Source: Schmidtea polychroa
Taxonomy: Eukaryota
Assembly: GCA_044892525.1 (NCBI GenBank)
Contig: CM097886.1
Location: 177,680,312 to 177,744,082 of the forward strand
Direction of reading: 5' to 3'
Length of the DNA: 63,771 nt
Part shown: piece by piece, positions 1 through 11,400 of the stretch
How the letters are laid out: every line of letters begins with the position of its first letter
Position numbering within the stretch: the stretch's first letter is position 1
The notes under the pieces: generated by a model
What the model saw: the letters and a program-made list of their open reading frames with translations, nothing else
Told to the model about the DNA's origin: nothing
Databases searched by the model: none
Program-made: the position numbers and the translations under genes

Positions 1-547
1 AAGCCGTGCCCAAAGAAGTCTAATCAGAGAACAATCCGAGGCACTGCATAAGGTTTACGTGCAGGCGGCTACAACCCGAAAAATAGTGCAGATTCCCATC
101 CGAGAGGCCGATGACATCTTTCCGCCTCATCACAACCTTTCCTCGAATCCATCTCCACCGTTCAAGAGACCGTGCCGAGACTGCGTCGAAACCGAATTGT
201 CCCCCAAGCGACCAGATGTTGTCATCACGGGCACCAGTAAGCCCCCCACTGCTAGTCCATCCGTATCAGTCACCCTTCTGCAAGTGGCATCTTCAAGCAA
301 ACCCAAGCGAAAACAACTCTCTCGTGCAGAGCGCAAGAAGAGACAGCGCGAGCGCGCTACTACAAAGCCAAACATCCCAGCAATGGAGGACTCAACCAAC
401 GGTGGCAACTCTCACGTGTCCATCGACCTAACAACGGGACCCTCGGCACGAATCATATCAGCCGCTGGCGTAATGTGGGAAGAGAACGCTTCCGAGTTTT
501 TCAACCTCGACGAATTATTCGCCGACGCTGAATGGGAGAAACAATAA
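1..547 (+). CDS. 3' part of LTR-encoded 250-aa protein (start upstream of window)
   Basis: Identical to the 3' part of 26007-26759; the listed 59..547 ORF is its tail. Confidence 0.65.
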   Translation, partial: SRAQRSLIREQSEALHKVYVQAATTRKIVQIPIREADDIFPPHHNLSSNPSPPFKRPCRDCVETELSPKRPDVVITGTSKPPTASPSVSVTLLQVASSSKPKRKQLSRAERKKRQRERATTKPNIPAMEDSTNGGNSHVSIDLTTGPSARIISAAGVMWEENASEFFNLDELFADAEWEKQ

Positions 548-670
548 AATCCCAGTGGCGGTCAGGATGAGGAACAAGGATCCGATCTATGTTGATTACG
601 ATGTTTTCTCTTCTTTCGATAAACGTTAGTAAAGTGTACAGCTGAATCCTTGTGTCATAACCTTGAAATT

Positions 671-676
671 AATAAA
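671..676 (+). terminator. Polyadenylation signal in LTR (also 26883-26888, 53095-53100)
   Basis: AATAAA followed by the GT-rich TCTTGTTGTCTT, ~125 nt after the stop of the LTR ORF and ~400 nt before the LTR end. Confidence 0.55.
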
Positions 677-1088
677 TCTTGTTGTCTTACACGTCTTCGT
701 TCATGAATAATTAGACTTTAATTAAGTGGGTCGAGTAGAGAACCCGCAAGATCTAGTGAGAAATTCCCAATTTGCATTCAGCGAATCCCGATAAGCGGTT
801 GTGTAAGGAAATGGACGTAAGCCCTTCTATCGGCAGTCGTGAATGGGAAGTCGAGGCCTCAGCAAGGAGTAGTTTTAAGGCAGAAGCTCACCTGCTTGCT
901 GGCGTCTCGCCTGCATAGTGCAGTACCAACGTGAAGTGATTCACGGGCACTATGTTGGAAGAAAGTTATGTGGGGTTTCACTCCAGGTTGACAAATCGGT
1001 GGCACCTTTTATTCGAGATGGACAATCAACCCTTAGACCCGTCAACATGGTAGAGTGGTCAGCCGAGGTGTAACCCCAACATGATTTT

Positions 1089-1106
1089 TGGGGGCTCAGC
1101 CGGGAT
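1089..1106 (+). promoter_or_regulatory. Primer-binding site, tRNA-Pro type
   Basis: TGGGGGCTCAGCCGGGAT matches the classical tRNA-Pro PBS TGGGGGCTCGTCCGGGAT at 16/18; it lies 7 nt after the LTR end and is absent after the terminal LTR. Confidence 0.8.
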
Positions 1107-1423
1107 CTACAGTCGATTGAAATTTCTATTAACGAATGCGAAATTCACCGGGATTTTCATAAAAAATTAAAGGGATTTATCACATCGATTTTCTGTTTTC
1201 GACCGACCATTGCTTGACGAATGCAAATTGACTATTGATTATTAAATTATATCAGGAACCAAGTAGAGAAAATCAAAATGTAGATAATAGAAAAATTAAG
1301 GATATATATAAATAAAGGAGATAAAGTAGTCAAGTTAAATAATTAACAATGGTTAAAGAAACCAATTAACGAATTAACTATTAATTTACTACATATTATT
1401 AAAACATTACTTTTCCAACAGCT

Positions 1424-1909
1424 ATGACAGAATTCGCGAACCAAATGCAACAACTGCTCAAGTTTATCGATATAGAAAACGACTCCCTAACAACACTGAC
1501 GCATAAAAGAGAAAAAATCAACGCGATATTACTACAAGCAATCGGACAAACACCAGTCGTACCTAATCATATGATATTAGCCACAGGCCTAAGTCGCCCA
1601 GATGGAAAAATAAACCCCGAAACCGTATATCAGTGGTATCAAGAGAGATTGAACCACCCAACATTAAATCTAGATTATCAGCGTCTAAAAGACTCACTAA
1701 ATACAATACCAGATGCAATCGAACAAAAAATACAGGAAAAAGTTAACCAATTACGAACTTGTATAGCCTGCAAACTCCGTCCTATTCGCGTATTATTCTT
1801 ACCGTGTGGACACCTCAGTCACTGTGAAGAGTGTGTAAAAGACCTAAAAAGATGCACGATGTGCAAATATGAAATAAAAGAGACCCATATGGTCTATTAT
1901 GGCGAATGA
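1424..1909 (+). CDS. 161-aa protein with C-terminal IAP/Mdm2-type RING-HC finger (no BIR)
   Basis: CIAC...LFLPCGHLSHCEEC...CTMC followed by the terminal hydrophobic tail HMVYY; acceptor-like CTTTTCCAACAG|ctATG upstream; AATAAA at 2014. Confidence 0.85.
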   Translation: MTEFANQMQQLLKFIDIENDSLTTLTHKREKINAILLQAIGQTPVVPNHMILATGLSRPDGKINPETVYQWYQERLNHPTLNLDYQRLKDSLNTIPDAIEQKIQEKVNQLRTCIACKLRPIRVLFLPCGHLSHCEECVKDLKRCTMCKYEIKETHMVYYGE

Positions 1910-2505
1910 AACGGCCGGCGATGTAACAGCAAGTATACGATGTTTGAACAAGAATGCATGAAATTGTTGAAGTAACACGTACTGTTAATGATTCAATCTT
2001 TATGTTTATGATAAATAAATTCGTCTTTAAAAAGTTTTGATGATTAGGACTAATAAAATTTGCATGACGAATGAATATTTGCGTGTTTGTTTTGTTTTAT
2101 TCTTTTTCTTCGGAATCAAATGAAGAGAGGGTTGAATAACGTGGAATTAGTCCCAATATAGACTGCAGGGGTACAAACCGAGCCACCTTCGGGCGGTACG
2201 TCTTATTGCAAGAACCCGTTGGGAGGGGATAACTGATCAACCCAAGTAAGAAGCGTAGGGCGGGGTACCATCGCATATGATGAGAAGTTTTTGCGACATG
2301 ACTGATCACCATGCCAATGTAGAAATGGATCATCGCGATCGTCGTGCGTTTTGAGCAAGGGGGGAAAGGGGAAACACTCCCAAGCGGTAAAGATTAAGTC
2401 GACAAATTAAAAGTAGACAGAGAAAATGGTAAACTAGAGTAAAAGAAGAAAAGAGAAATAGAAGCATGCAGAGCGAGGAATATTGAAGCCGAGCTGTCGA
2501 ATAAT

Positions 2506-3224
2506 CCAGCCGGTCAAGGAGGAAGACTGAGCTGTTGAATAGTGCCAGCCAGTCGTAAGGTCGAGTTGTGAAAAGTCCAACCGATCAGGAAGGAGGAAGA
2601 TTGAGCTGTTGAATAGTGCCAGCCAGTCGTAAGGTCGAGTTGTGAAAAGTCCAACCGATCAAGAAGGAGGAAGATTGAGCTGTTGAATAGTGCCAGCCAG
2701 TCGTAAGATCGAGTTGTTGAATAGTCCAACCGATCAGAAGGAAGAAGATTGAGCTGTTGAATAGTGCCAGCCAGTCGTAAGGTCGGGTTGTGAAAAGTCC
2801 AACCGATCAAGAAGGAGGAAGATTGAGCTGTTGAATAGTGCCAGCCAGTCGTAAGGTCGAGTTGTGAAAAGTCCAACCGATCAAGAAGGAGGAAGATTGA
2901 GCTGTTGAATAGTGCCAGCCAGTCGTAAGATCGAGTTGTTGAATAGTCCAACCGATCAGAAGGAAGAAGATTGAGCTGTTGAATAGTGCCAGCCAGTCGT
3001 AAGGTCGGGTTGTGAAAAGTCCAACCGATCAGGAAGGAGGAAGATTGAGCTGTTGAATAGTGCCAGCCAGTCGTAAGGTCGAGTTGTGAAAAGTCCAACC
3101 GATCAGGAAGGAGGAAGATTGAGCTGTTGAATAGTGCCAGCCAGTCGTAAGATCGAGTTGTTGAATAGTCTAACCGATCAGAAGGAAGAAGATTGAGCTG
3201 TTGAATAGTGCCAGCCAGTCGTAA
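2506..3224. repeat. 74-bp tandem repeat, ~9.7 units, with 222-bp (3-unit) higher-order period, in the pre-gag leader
   Basis: GAGCTGTTGAATAGTGCC recurs at 2529, 2603, 2677, 2751, 2825, 2899, 2973, 3047, 3121 and 3195; the variant unit (GATCGAGTTGTTGAATAGTC) is every third unit. Confidence 0.95.
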
Positions 3225-4533
3225 AGGCCTAGAAAAGCGAGAGATAGCAGTTAAGCTACAATGAGATAATATTTAAAATTACTAGTGATACGGAATATTA
3301 AAGCTAGCTAGAACAAATTGAATGTAATTTTGAAAATTCGAGTTTAGAGAGGAAATAAACGAGCTCGTGGAAAAGAAAACAAGATTATAAGGAAAAAGGA
3401 AAGGGAAGAAGGAAACGAATTAAAGAGATAATAGAAAATAAAGAATAGATGAAACAATGATAATGAGTAAAGAGGAAAGTAACTAACTAATTAAAGGGAT
3501 CCCAGTGAAGTAGAGAAACTCTACGGAATTTTTTTTTTGGGTAAACCGGGAAAATGTATTTTTATCGGTTCCAGAGTAGAACCGAGTGGGATAATAGTAA
3601 ATACGAAAAGTAAAACAGCGACAACAGCGCAAAGGAATAAGAAAACGAAGGGGGGTAATAAGCAGAGACCGACAACGACCTATTTTTACTATAATTGATA
3701 ACGAATAGATAATTATTACGACTTTATAGATAATTGTTACTACCCCATATAGATAATTTAAAATCGACGGAAAATACGGGCTGATGGGATATTATAAACC
3801 GCAGACAGGATTTCACAAAAGATAGGGGAAGCACAAACAGAAACCTAAAAGGTGTCTGTTTTTGAATGTTGTAGAAAGAATGATGAAGTCGTGTAAGCAA
3901 ATGCAACACGAGATCATTTTTTCATTTTAGATATCAAGCCAATCCAGCCAACCAAGACAATCCAGAACCTGCACAAAAGGAATTCGAAGAAAATCGACAA
4001 TCAACCAAGGATAAATCCATTCAGAACCCGCACCGAGAGACACAGCAACCGGAAGACTCCAGAACGGAAGAAGTATTAGCAGCCATCTGCCAAGGATTAG
4101 TAAATCTCCTCAGGATCTCAGTAGCAGATTCATACAGAATATTTATCGAAGGAAACACAATCAGAACCGAACGCGTCCGATTCAATAGCCGCTAATTACC
4201 AAGAAGCGTAAGAAAGGAATCACGGATAAACCCAATCTTAGATCTTCTAGTAAGCCAGGAGACGTATTATTTTCAGGAGACGAATTACAACAACTCAAAA
4301 GAGGACGATCCATTAAACATCAAAGAGGAATATCACAAGGATCCAGAAGAACCAATCAAGTACCCATATTTGACCAAGAAAATCTCGGATATACCCCTAG
4401 TCGATCTCGAAGTAGAGAAAGTCTGTCCGATATCACTAATAGTTTAGCAACGTCAACCGAGGAATTATCAGCCCAAAGTTTAGTCACATCGTTAGACAAT
4501 TTAAAAGAAACAGACGAACCTAGAACACCAATC

Positions 4534-5439
4534 ATGACGAATGTCGTAAAAACCGACGAGTATAAAGAGAAGTTCAGAGGAGAACCGTTCAACGGAAATG
4601 CAAACAAGCTAGCAACGTTCATAACTAATTTTGAAGTTTATATCACTGTGTGTGGATGGACACCCGAAGCAATTAGTAAAAGGATGCCGTTGTTTTTGTG
4701 CGATAGTGCATTAGAGGTATATTTAGAAGCTAAAGAGAGAGACACGAAATTAGAAAAGTGGGAAGATATTAAAACATTCCTGAAGAAAACCTTCGGAGCC
4801 AGTAAGCCAATCAACCAGGCGTTGGGCGAACTAGCAAATAGGAAACAAAGAGCAAACGAATCGATAACATTATATGCCAGTGAATTGCGGAGATTAGCAA
4901 AGAAAGCAATGAATGGAAAATTACCCGAAGAAAATCTGATCGGTTATTTCATAGAGGGATTACGCCGAGAAGAAGTAAGAGCCTCAGTAGGTTGTCAAAT
5001 GTGCAAAACATTAGAGGAAGCCATAGATTGGGCTACAAGATGCGAGCTCCACCTTCCAGCTCAAATGAATATTATGCAAGAGGAGGGAAGGATAGCGACA
5101 GCAATAGCGAAAGCAGATAACGGAGATAACAACAATCAAGAACCGAAAATGAATCAATTTATACCAGGAGCGCACCAAATTTTCAAACCACCACAAGGAC
5201 GATCAAACGGGAATAATGGTAATCGTAACAACCCGAATAATGAGAACAATTTCAATAATCGGCGAAATATGAACGATAACAAGCAGTGCCGAACATGCGG
5301 TAAACCAGGACACTGGGACAGAGATTGTTATAGAAATTCAAATTGTAATCGTTGCGGACGGCGTGGACATACCGAAAATGTATGCCAATTGCGAGGCTGT
5401 TTTAACTGTGGTCAGCCAGGTCACATCTCCAGAGATTGC
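4534..5439 (+). other. gag: Gag: capsid-like domain plus three CX2CX4HX4C zinc knuckles (5287-5439)
   Basis: PFNG...W..IK..LKKTF...LANRKQRANESITLYASELRRLA...YFIEGL pattern; CRTCGKPGHWDRDC, CNRCGRRGHTENVC, CFNCGQPGHISRDC. Confidence 0.92.
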
Positions 5440-8400
5440 CGAGAAAGGGGCCAACAACAACGACCACCACAGCGAAATAATAATTATGTAGCGAATCCGC
5501 AACGACAAAGTAACCCTAACGAAGGAAAACAAATGAACGTTATGCAGGAAATTTCGCAGATGAAACAGATGATGCAGCAAATGATGAGACCAAGACAAGA
5601 ATCAGCACCACAACAAACCCAGAATATACGTATGATGAGGAGTACCGAAAATCTCAACAATTATGAAGTGCATCAACATGTACAAGAATGGCAAAGGCTA
5701 CAGGCCGAGGAAGAGAGGATAAAACAAGAACGCAACCAACAACGACAAGAACAACCATTGCGAATAAATATGATGAGGTTAGTAAAAGACATGAAGAGCC
5801 AGTATTGCTACAATTACGGGAAAAGCCCAAGGGTAGTACCCATGACTGAACCAGAAAAGGTAAAAGAAATAACAACGGAAATGAAAACAGAGAATTCAAC
5901 CACGATTTTAAAAGGAAACCAGAGAATTCAGAAAATATTCTGGAAAAAGATAAAGGATAAAATCGAAAAAGAACATAATAAAGCGAAAACCGAGACAGAA
6001 GATGAAAATAACAAGAGCAAGGAACAAACCAGTCAACTAAACCACCGAATGCTACAAGAATCAGAATCGGAAGAAACAACAATATTCGAAAGAAAGAAAC
6101 TAAAGAGAGTACCAAGGATGAGAAACTTGCAAATCAATATGATGAAAAGGACAAAAGATGTAGCATCATCAGACGAAGAAGAAGATTATGTAAGTAGTTT
6201 GGGTGGAGAAATACTACAGCCGAATGAAATAAGCGAACCCCCAAAAGGGGAAATCAAAGAGGAAGAAAGCGGAAACGAGATAACCAGTGAAAGTGAAGAC
6301 GAAGATATCGAAATAAAGTTGAGAAAAGCAAGGGAGGAAGCGATAAAACAGGTAGCCGAAATACTCCCAGTAGTAGTGAGGAACCAAGAGTTCATCGACG
6401 TAATATCATTCAGGCGATTCGTGCAAAAAGTGATGAAATTGGAAAGAAACGAGAAAGATCTAATACCAAACGAGGAAAAATCAATTATAAAAAATTATAT
6501 GGAAAAAATGAAGCAGGCCGATACCACGCGGTATGTAATAAAAATTGGAACGAGTAGAGGACTTGAAAGAATGTGGATAAAAAATACAGTCACCGACGAA
6601 CTTTTCGATTGGATACGAGAACATTTGGGAAGTTCGAGAAAGAAAGAATATCTGTATCAATACCAAGGAGAACAGATCAAACCAGATAAGCACTTAGTAG
6701 ATGCACTAATATGGCCAGGAGAAACGCAAATACTGAAGTTGCATAAAGAAAAACAACCAGCCAACCTTTACGATTGGGCTAAAGATGCCAAGGCAGAATA
6801 TGATTTTAATATCAAATTGAAATTAGAACAAATAAAACAATGTACTCTGAGACGAAACCTGGATAAGCTGATCAAACAAATTCAAGAACAAGTAGAAGAC
6901 AACTGGGATTTACTCATCACCAGACGAGCCCCAGCCATGTACGAACTAATGAGCCGGTTGCGAGATACAGAAATGCTCCGAATGAGTGATTGGAGAACCA
7001 TAAATTTGATCCACAAATATGGAAGGTTAAAAGAAACCCAGCCACAGAGGTTGGAAATAACCATATGGTTACCGAACGAAGAAAAACGACGAATAAAAAT
7101 GAGCAATCAGAGTACAGTGGATGACTTGGTATCAAAAATAAACCAAGAGATAACGGAAAAGGTACGTAGCGAAAGTAGTGATGGTATGGTGGATGATGTA
7201 GTCATGATGTACGATAAGATAATATTACGAGCGGAGGACGACACCTCGTTAAGCGAAATGGGTATGTGGGACAATCATCAGATAATCAGGATAGTACCAA
7301 TGGATGAATTCCGAACAAGAGATGTAACATATCAAAAAGAAATACGAGACCGGATGAAAACGTTATATCAAAAATCTACAGAAATAATTGAAATCCACCA
7401 ACAATGGTTAAAAGAAAAAGAGCTACAAGGAAAAATCACGAAATTAAATACCAGATCCTGCAGACGAACCCCATGGGAAAGAGTATGGAATGCAGAAAGT
7501 AAGGAATGGGAAATCCGGAAAGGAACCTTCGTAGAAACAGACATTGGTGAGACAGAAAGTGAATCGGAGGAAGAAGAAGAGGAACCTCCAGAATATGAAG
7601 AGGAAGCAAGGGAACAGACATCAGATGACGAAAGCGAGACGGATGTCACATCAGAAAGCGAAAATGAAGCGAGACATATTCATGCAATGAGGAAAAAGGA
7701 ACGTGAATATGCTGATATGGACGGCGAGGAAGCGGCGGAAGCAAGAGAACGAGAAGAGAAAGAAAGATATAAACAATTAGGCGATATTTTAGCAATGGGA
7801 GCGAAAAATCAAAAACGCCAGGTAGTAGCGTTGGCTAATATCATCTTAAAAACATCAGAGAATATCCACAATCTGAGAGGAATGGCAAAGGCAATAGAGG
7901 AATACCGGCAATATAATGAATGGTATCCAGAACAGCTAGAACAAATTATTCGAAAATGGAGAAATCAGGAATGGGCACAAGACACCCAGGAGAGGTATCA
8001 CATCCGAATCAAGTATCCGGACAAGAGCATCGAGGAACTAGAGGTGCATCCAACAACAAAAATTAGAGAATTAAAAAAGAAATTAGCATATGAAACTCCA
8101 TTCCATCTGCAACTGTTCGGAAAATCACTAGACGATAATGCAGACGTCGGGATAACACCCATGAGATTGGAAGAGACAAATGTATTAACAATGGCAGAAA
8201 CGTTGGGAAAACCGTTAAAAAGGAAAAGTAAAATTACTAAACCAACAAAAGGCAGTTTGAGTACTCCAAGTCCGAACAAAGCACCAAGTAAATCTAATGA
8301 AACTGAAGAAGTTGAAGAGATAATCCTGGAAGATAGTGACGATGAACCAGGAGAAAGATCACCGCTATTAGTGAGATGGCCGACAGGAGCCGAAATGTGG

Positions 8401-11400
8401 ACTAATAACCAGCCATCAACGAGTTATCAACAACCAACGAAACTGAACATCAAAGAAATCATCGACAATACTACGGAAACCGAAACGGATGAACAATTCC
8501 AGAAGCAAAGAGAACCAACGAAAGTAACACCAGAAAGTCAAACCGACAAAATAATAGACGAATGGAATGAGTGGCTAAGAAATAACGATAGCTCATTACC
8601 CAGAACGGATAACGAAAGAAATCCGAATTACGAAAATACCAGAGAAGCCGGAACGATGATGGAAAAACGGGCAAAAGGAAGACCTAAGAAACAAGGAGAA
8701 AAGTCTGAGTTAAAAACCAAAGAACAATTAAAGCAAGAACAAGGGCAAGTTCGATTAGAAAAATTGGATAAAATAGTATGGGATCTAAAGGAAGCCCAAC
8801 CAACGATCGAAAGAGGAGAAAAATGGATACGAGAATTGTTAAAAGATATATTAATAATAACAAACCCACAACTTAGACGTTTGTGGCAACGGAAAGTAGC
8901 CAGTACGGAAGCTAGACAATTATGGCACACCATTTCGGGGATAATCCCAAAGTTAATCAAAGAGAAAACGAAAACCACCAAAACGGATTGGGATGAAACA
9001 AAGAGAGTGATTGAGCAGCTCACGACGAATGCAAATGATGACGAACATCACCTAGTGGTAATCACGTATTTGATGTATAATTTGATGGGACTAGCCGCGA
9101 GGAAAATACCAAATAAACAATTTGCAAATCATGTGGAAATGACCGTTTCAATCATAGAGAATACTATTGAACCACATATTATTCGTGCAGGAGGATGGAA
9201 AAGACTGATACAAGCGCCACGGAAAAATGAGCAAGAAAGATCGATGCAAGTTAGATTGAAAAAATTGTTAAATGAACTAGAATGGGAACTACCGATGAAA
9301 GATCCCGCAAGCAGAAAAGCATCAATAAATTCGTTAATGATGACTATGATGATATGGATGTTGTGCACAAGTGGAGCAACAGGTTTTACCATCTACGATT
9401 GTGATAATATGATAATGAGAGATAAATACTCATTGAGAGACATAGAAGAATGCAGACAAGCCTCACCCAACAAATTGGACATCGTGAGAACAAAAGTTAC
9501 TTACCATGTATATCAAGAATCAGATTTCATCAGAACGCAAGCAAGGGAATGCGTAGTATCAAAAAAGGTACTCGCATATTACTGTGGACAATATTCGTAT
9601 TCGACTCTTATACTACCCGGTCTGGATAAGGAAATCGTATCAATACAACGAGAGGATTGTAAAGAGCTATTTAGAACCGGAGCGCTAAAAATGCATAACG
9701 GAGTGACAATTCACGGACAAACTGGAATGATTAAAACCGAAAGTGTTTACGTAGCCGGAAAAGTAAAATCATCAGATGGGTCATGTAACGGAGGTACGTA
9801 TACGATCCGAGGCGAGGTAATATCGGGAGTTGTAGTGATCGAGTCTTACACGGTCGAATTAAAAGAATACGAAGCGCAATTTGACGCAAATAATTACCAA
9901 ATGAAGACCAACCCAGCGTGTAAAGCTACAGAAAACGTATGCAGGACAGGAGTATCAACTATAATCTATGAAGCTAATACCCAAAAATGCCGACTCCAAC
10001 TGTTAAAAAGTGCTTTGTTCAATGAAGTAAAAGGAGAAATATATGAGAACGAGAACGACGAGGATGGAAACGACAGAGTGAGAATGCGAAATGGAAAACC
10101 AATGCCACCATCTCCCAGAGAAAAGAGACTTTCAACGCAGAAGACACCAACAGCATTAATCACAGACGATCCAGATCTAGGTATGAGGTTTATCAAAGAG
10201 AAAGAAACCACCAAATGTGACAGTATAGTATATAAAACCAATTACGCAGGCATCTATATGTCGAGACAAATAATCGATAGAGCAGTGGGAAAGATAGCAA
10301 CGGAGGACGTAAAACTATACTTATATGCAAATAATAAAATGGATTTTCTATTTCATCGTGGACAAACGACCTTGCAAAAAGTATATTACGATCTGATACA
10401 AAACGATTGTTCATTGAATAAAGAAATATTGAAAACAAAGCTAGCTATTGCGATAACGCACCCAGATAACACGATGCCATCACTCCCATTACCAGATGGA
10501 CACTTTGGTAGAATGGTAGGAGAAGTGATGTACACATACCAGTGTACCAAGACGTATGCACGAATGCCAGAAAAATCCATACTACCCGAAAAGAGATGTG
10601 CAAATGAATTAGAAATCCGTTATAAAGGACAAAATCGATTCGTCCAACCAGTCACTAGAATTATGAATCCAGTGGGTTTCTACCCAAATCTCTTTAACTG
10701 TTCTAATGCATACGGACCTTTATATGAAAGGCCCGATGGGAAATGGATGATGTTACCGGGAAAAACCATATCCGAGGAGCCCAAGAAATTTGGATTAATA
10801 GAACTCGCCACAGAGCTGGATTTCAAACCTATAGACGTGTCAAACGGTGGTATGTATTCCCCAGAAGATCTAGAAACAGCACGACTTAACGTACTCTTCC
10901 CAGCCAGACGAGAATCCATTTTGTCTAATATGGTTACAATAACTGGGGGCACAAATTATCAATCAGGCCCGAATTACGAGCTGCTATTATCGCCAGACCA
11001 TTTTCAACAAGCTACGTCAAACATGATGAAAGCAATGTGGGGAAGATTCTTAGTTTTTGGACAAATGATGGCCGGGATATTAGGGATCATACTCATAATT
11101 CAGATAGTCAGAGTAATACTAACACAAATGTTAGCTTGTTTCGATATATACAAGCGGGAAAAGAAAGTTAACTGGAAAATGATAGTAGGTTTCTTACCAT
11201 TTTTAGCTAAGACCATGGTATTACATGGCCACTCAAAAGACATCCATCGGATAAAGCGATTGATAAAAATATTAACAAAGATTAAAGGAACCGACGAAGA
11301 AGTAGGCAGACGATTCCGGAAAGTAATGTACGATGAAGCAACAAGACGACAATTGAAAAAGAATAAGCCAAAATTCTTGGACCGATTTAGAAGCCAATCA

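Larger units (their letters stand above)
1..1081 (+). repeat. LTR copy 1, 3' part (truncated by window start)
   Basis: Ends ...GTGTAACCCCAACA at 1081, the exact point where copy 3 stops matching; followed by a PBS at 1089. Confidence 0.85.

Noticed and set aside
111-431. Overlapping 106-aa (+) and 92-aa (-) ORFs within the LTR gene
   Set aside because: Alternative frames of a GC-richer coding region; no independent start context or motif.
2161-2310. Hammerhead ribozyme suggested by a UUCG hairpin and CTGATCA motifs
   Set aside because: The core needs CUGANGA plus GAAA in the proper junction; CTGATCA does not fit. Only a short hairpin is supported.
2349-2375. Purine run AAGGGGGGAAAGGGGAAA as the polypurine tract
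   Set aside because: It lies in the 5' leader ~1.3 kb after the PBS and is not followed by an LTR start.
2506-3224. CRISPR array, or the 194-aa minus-strand ORF (2514-3098)
   Set aside because: Units are contiguous near-identical repeats with no unique spacers, in a eukaryotic context with no cas genes. The ORF is simply the 222-bp period read without stops.
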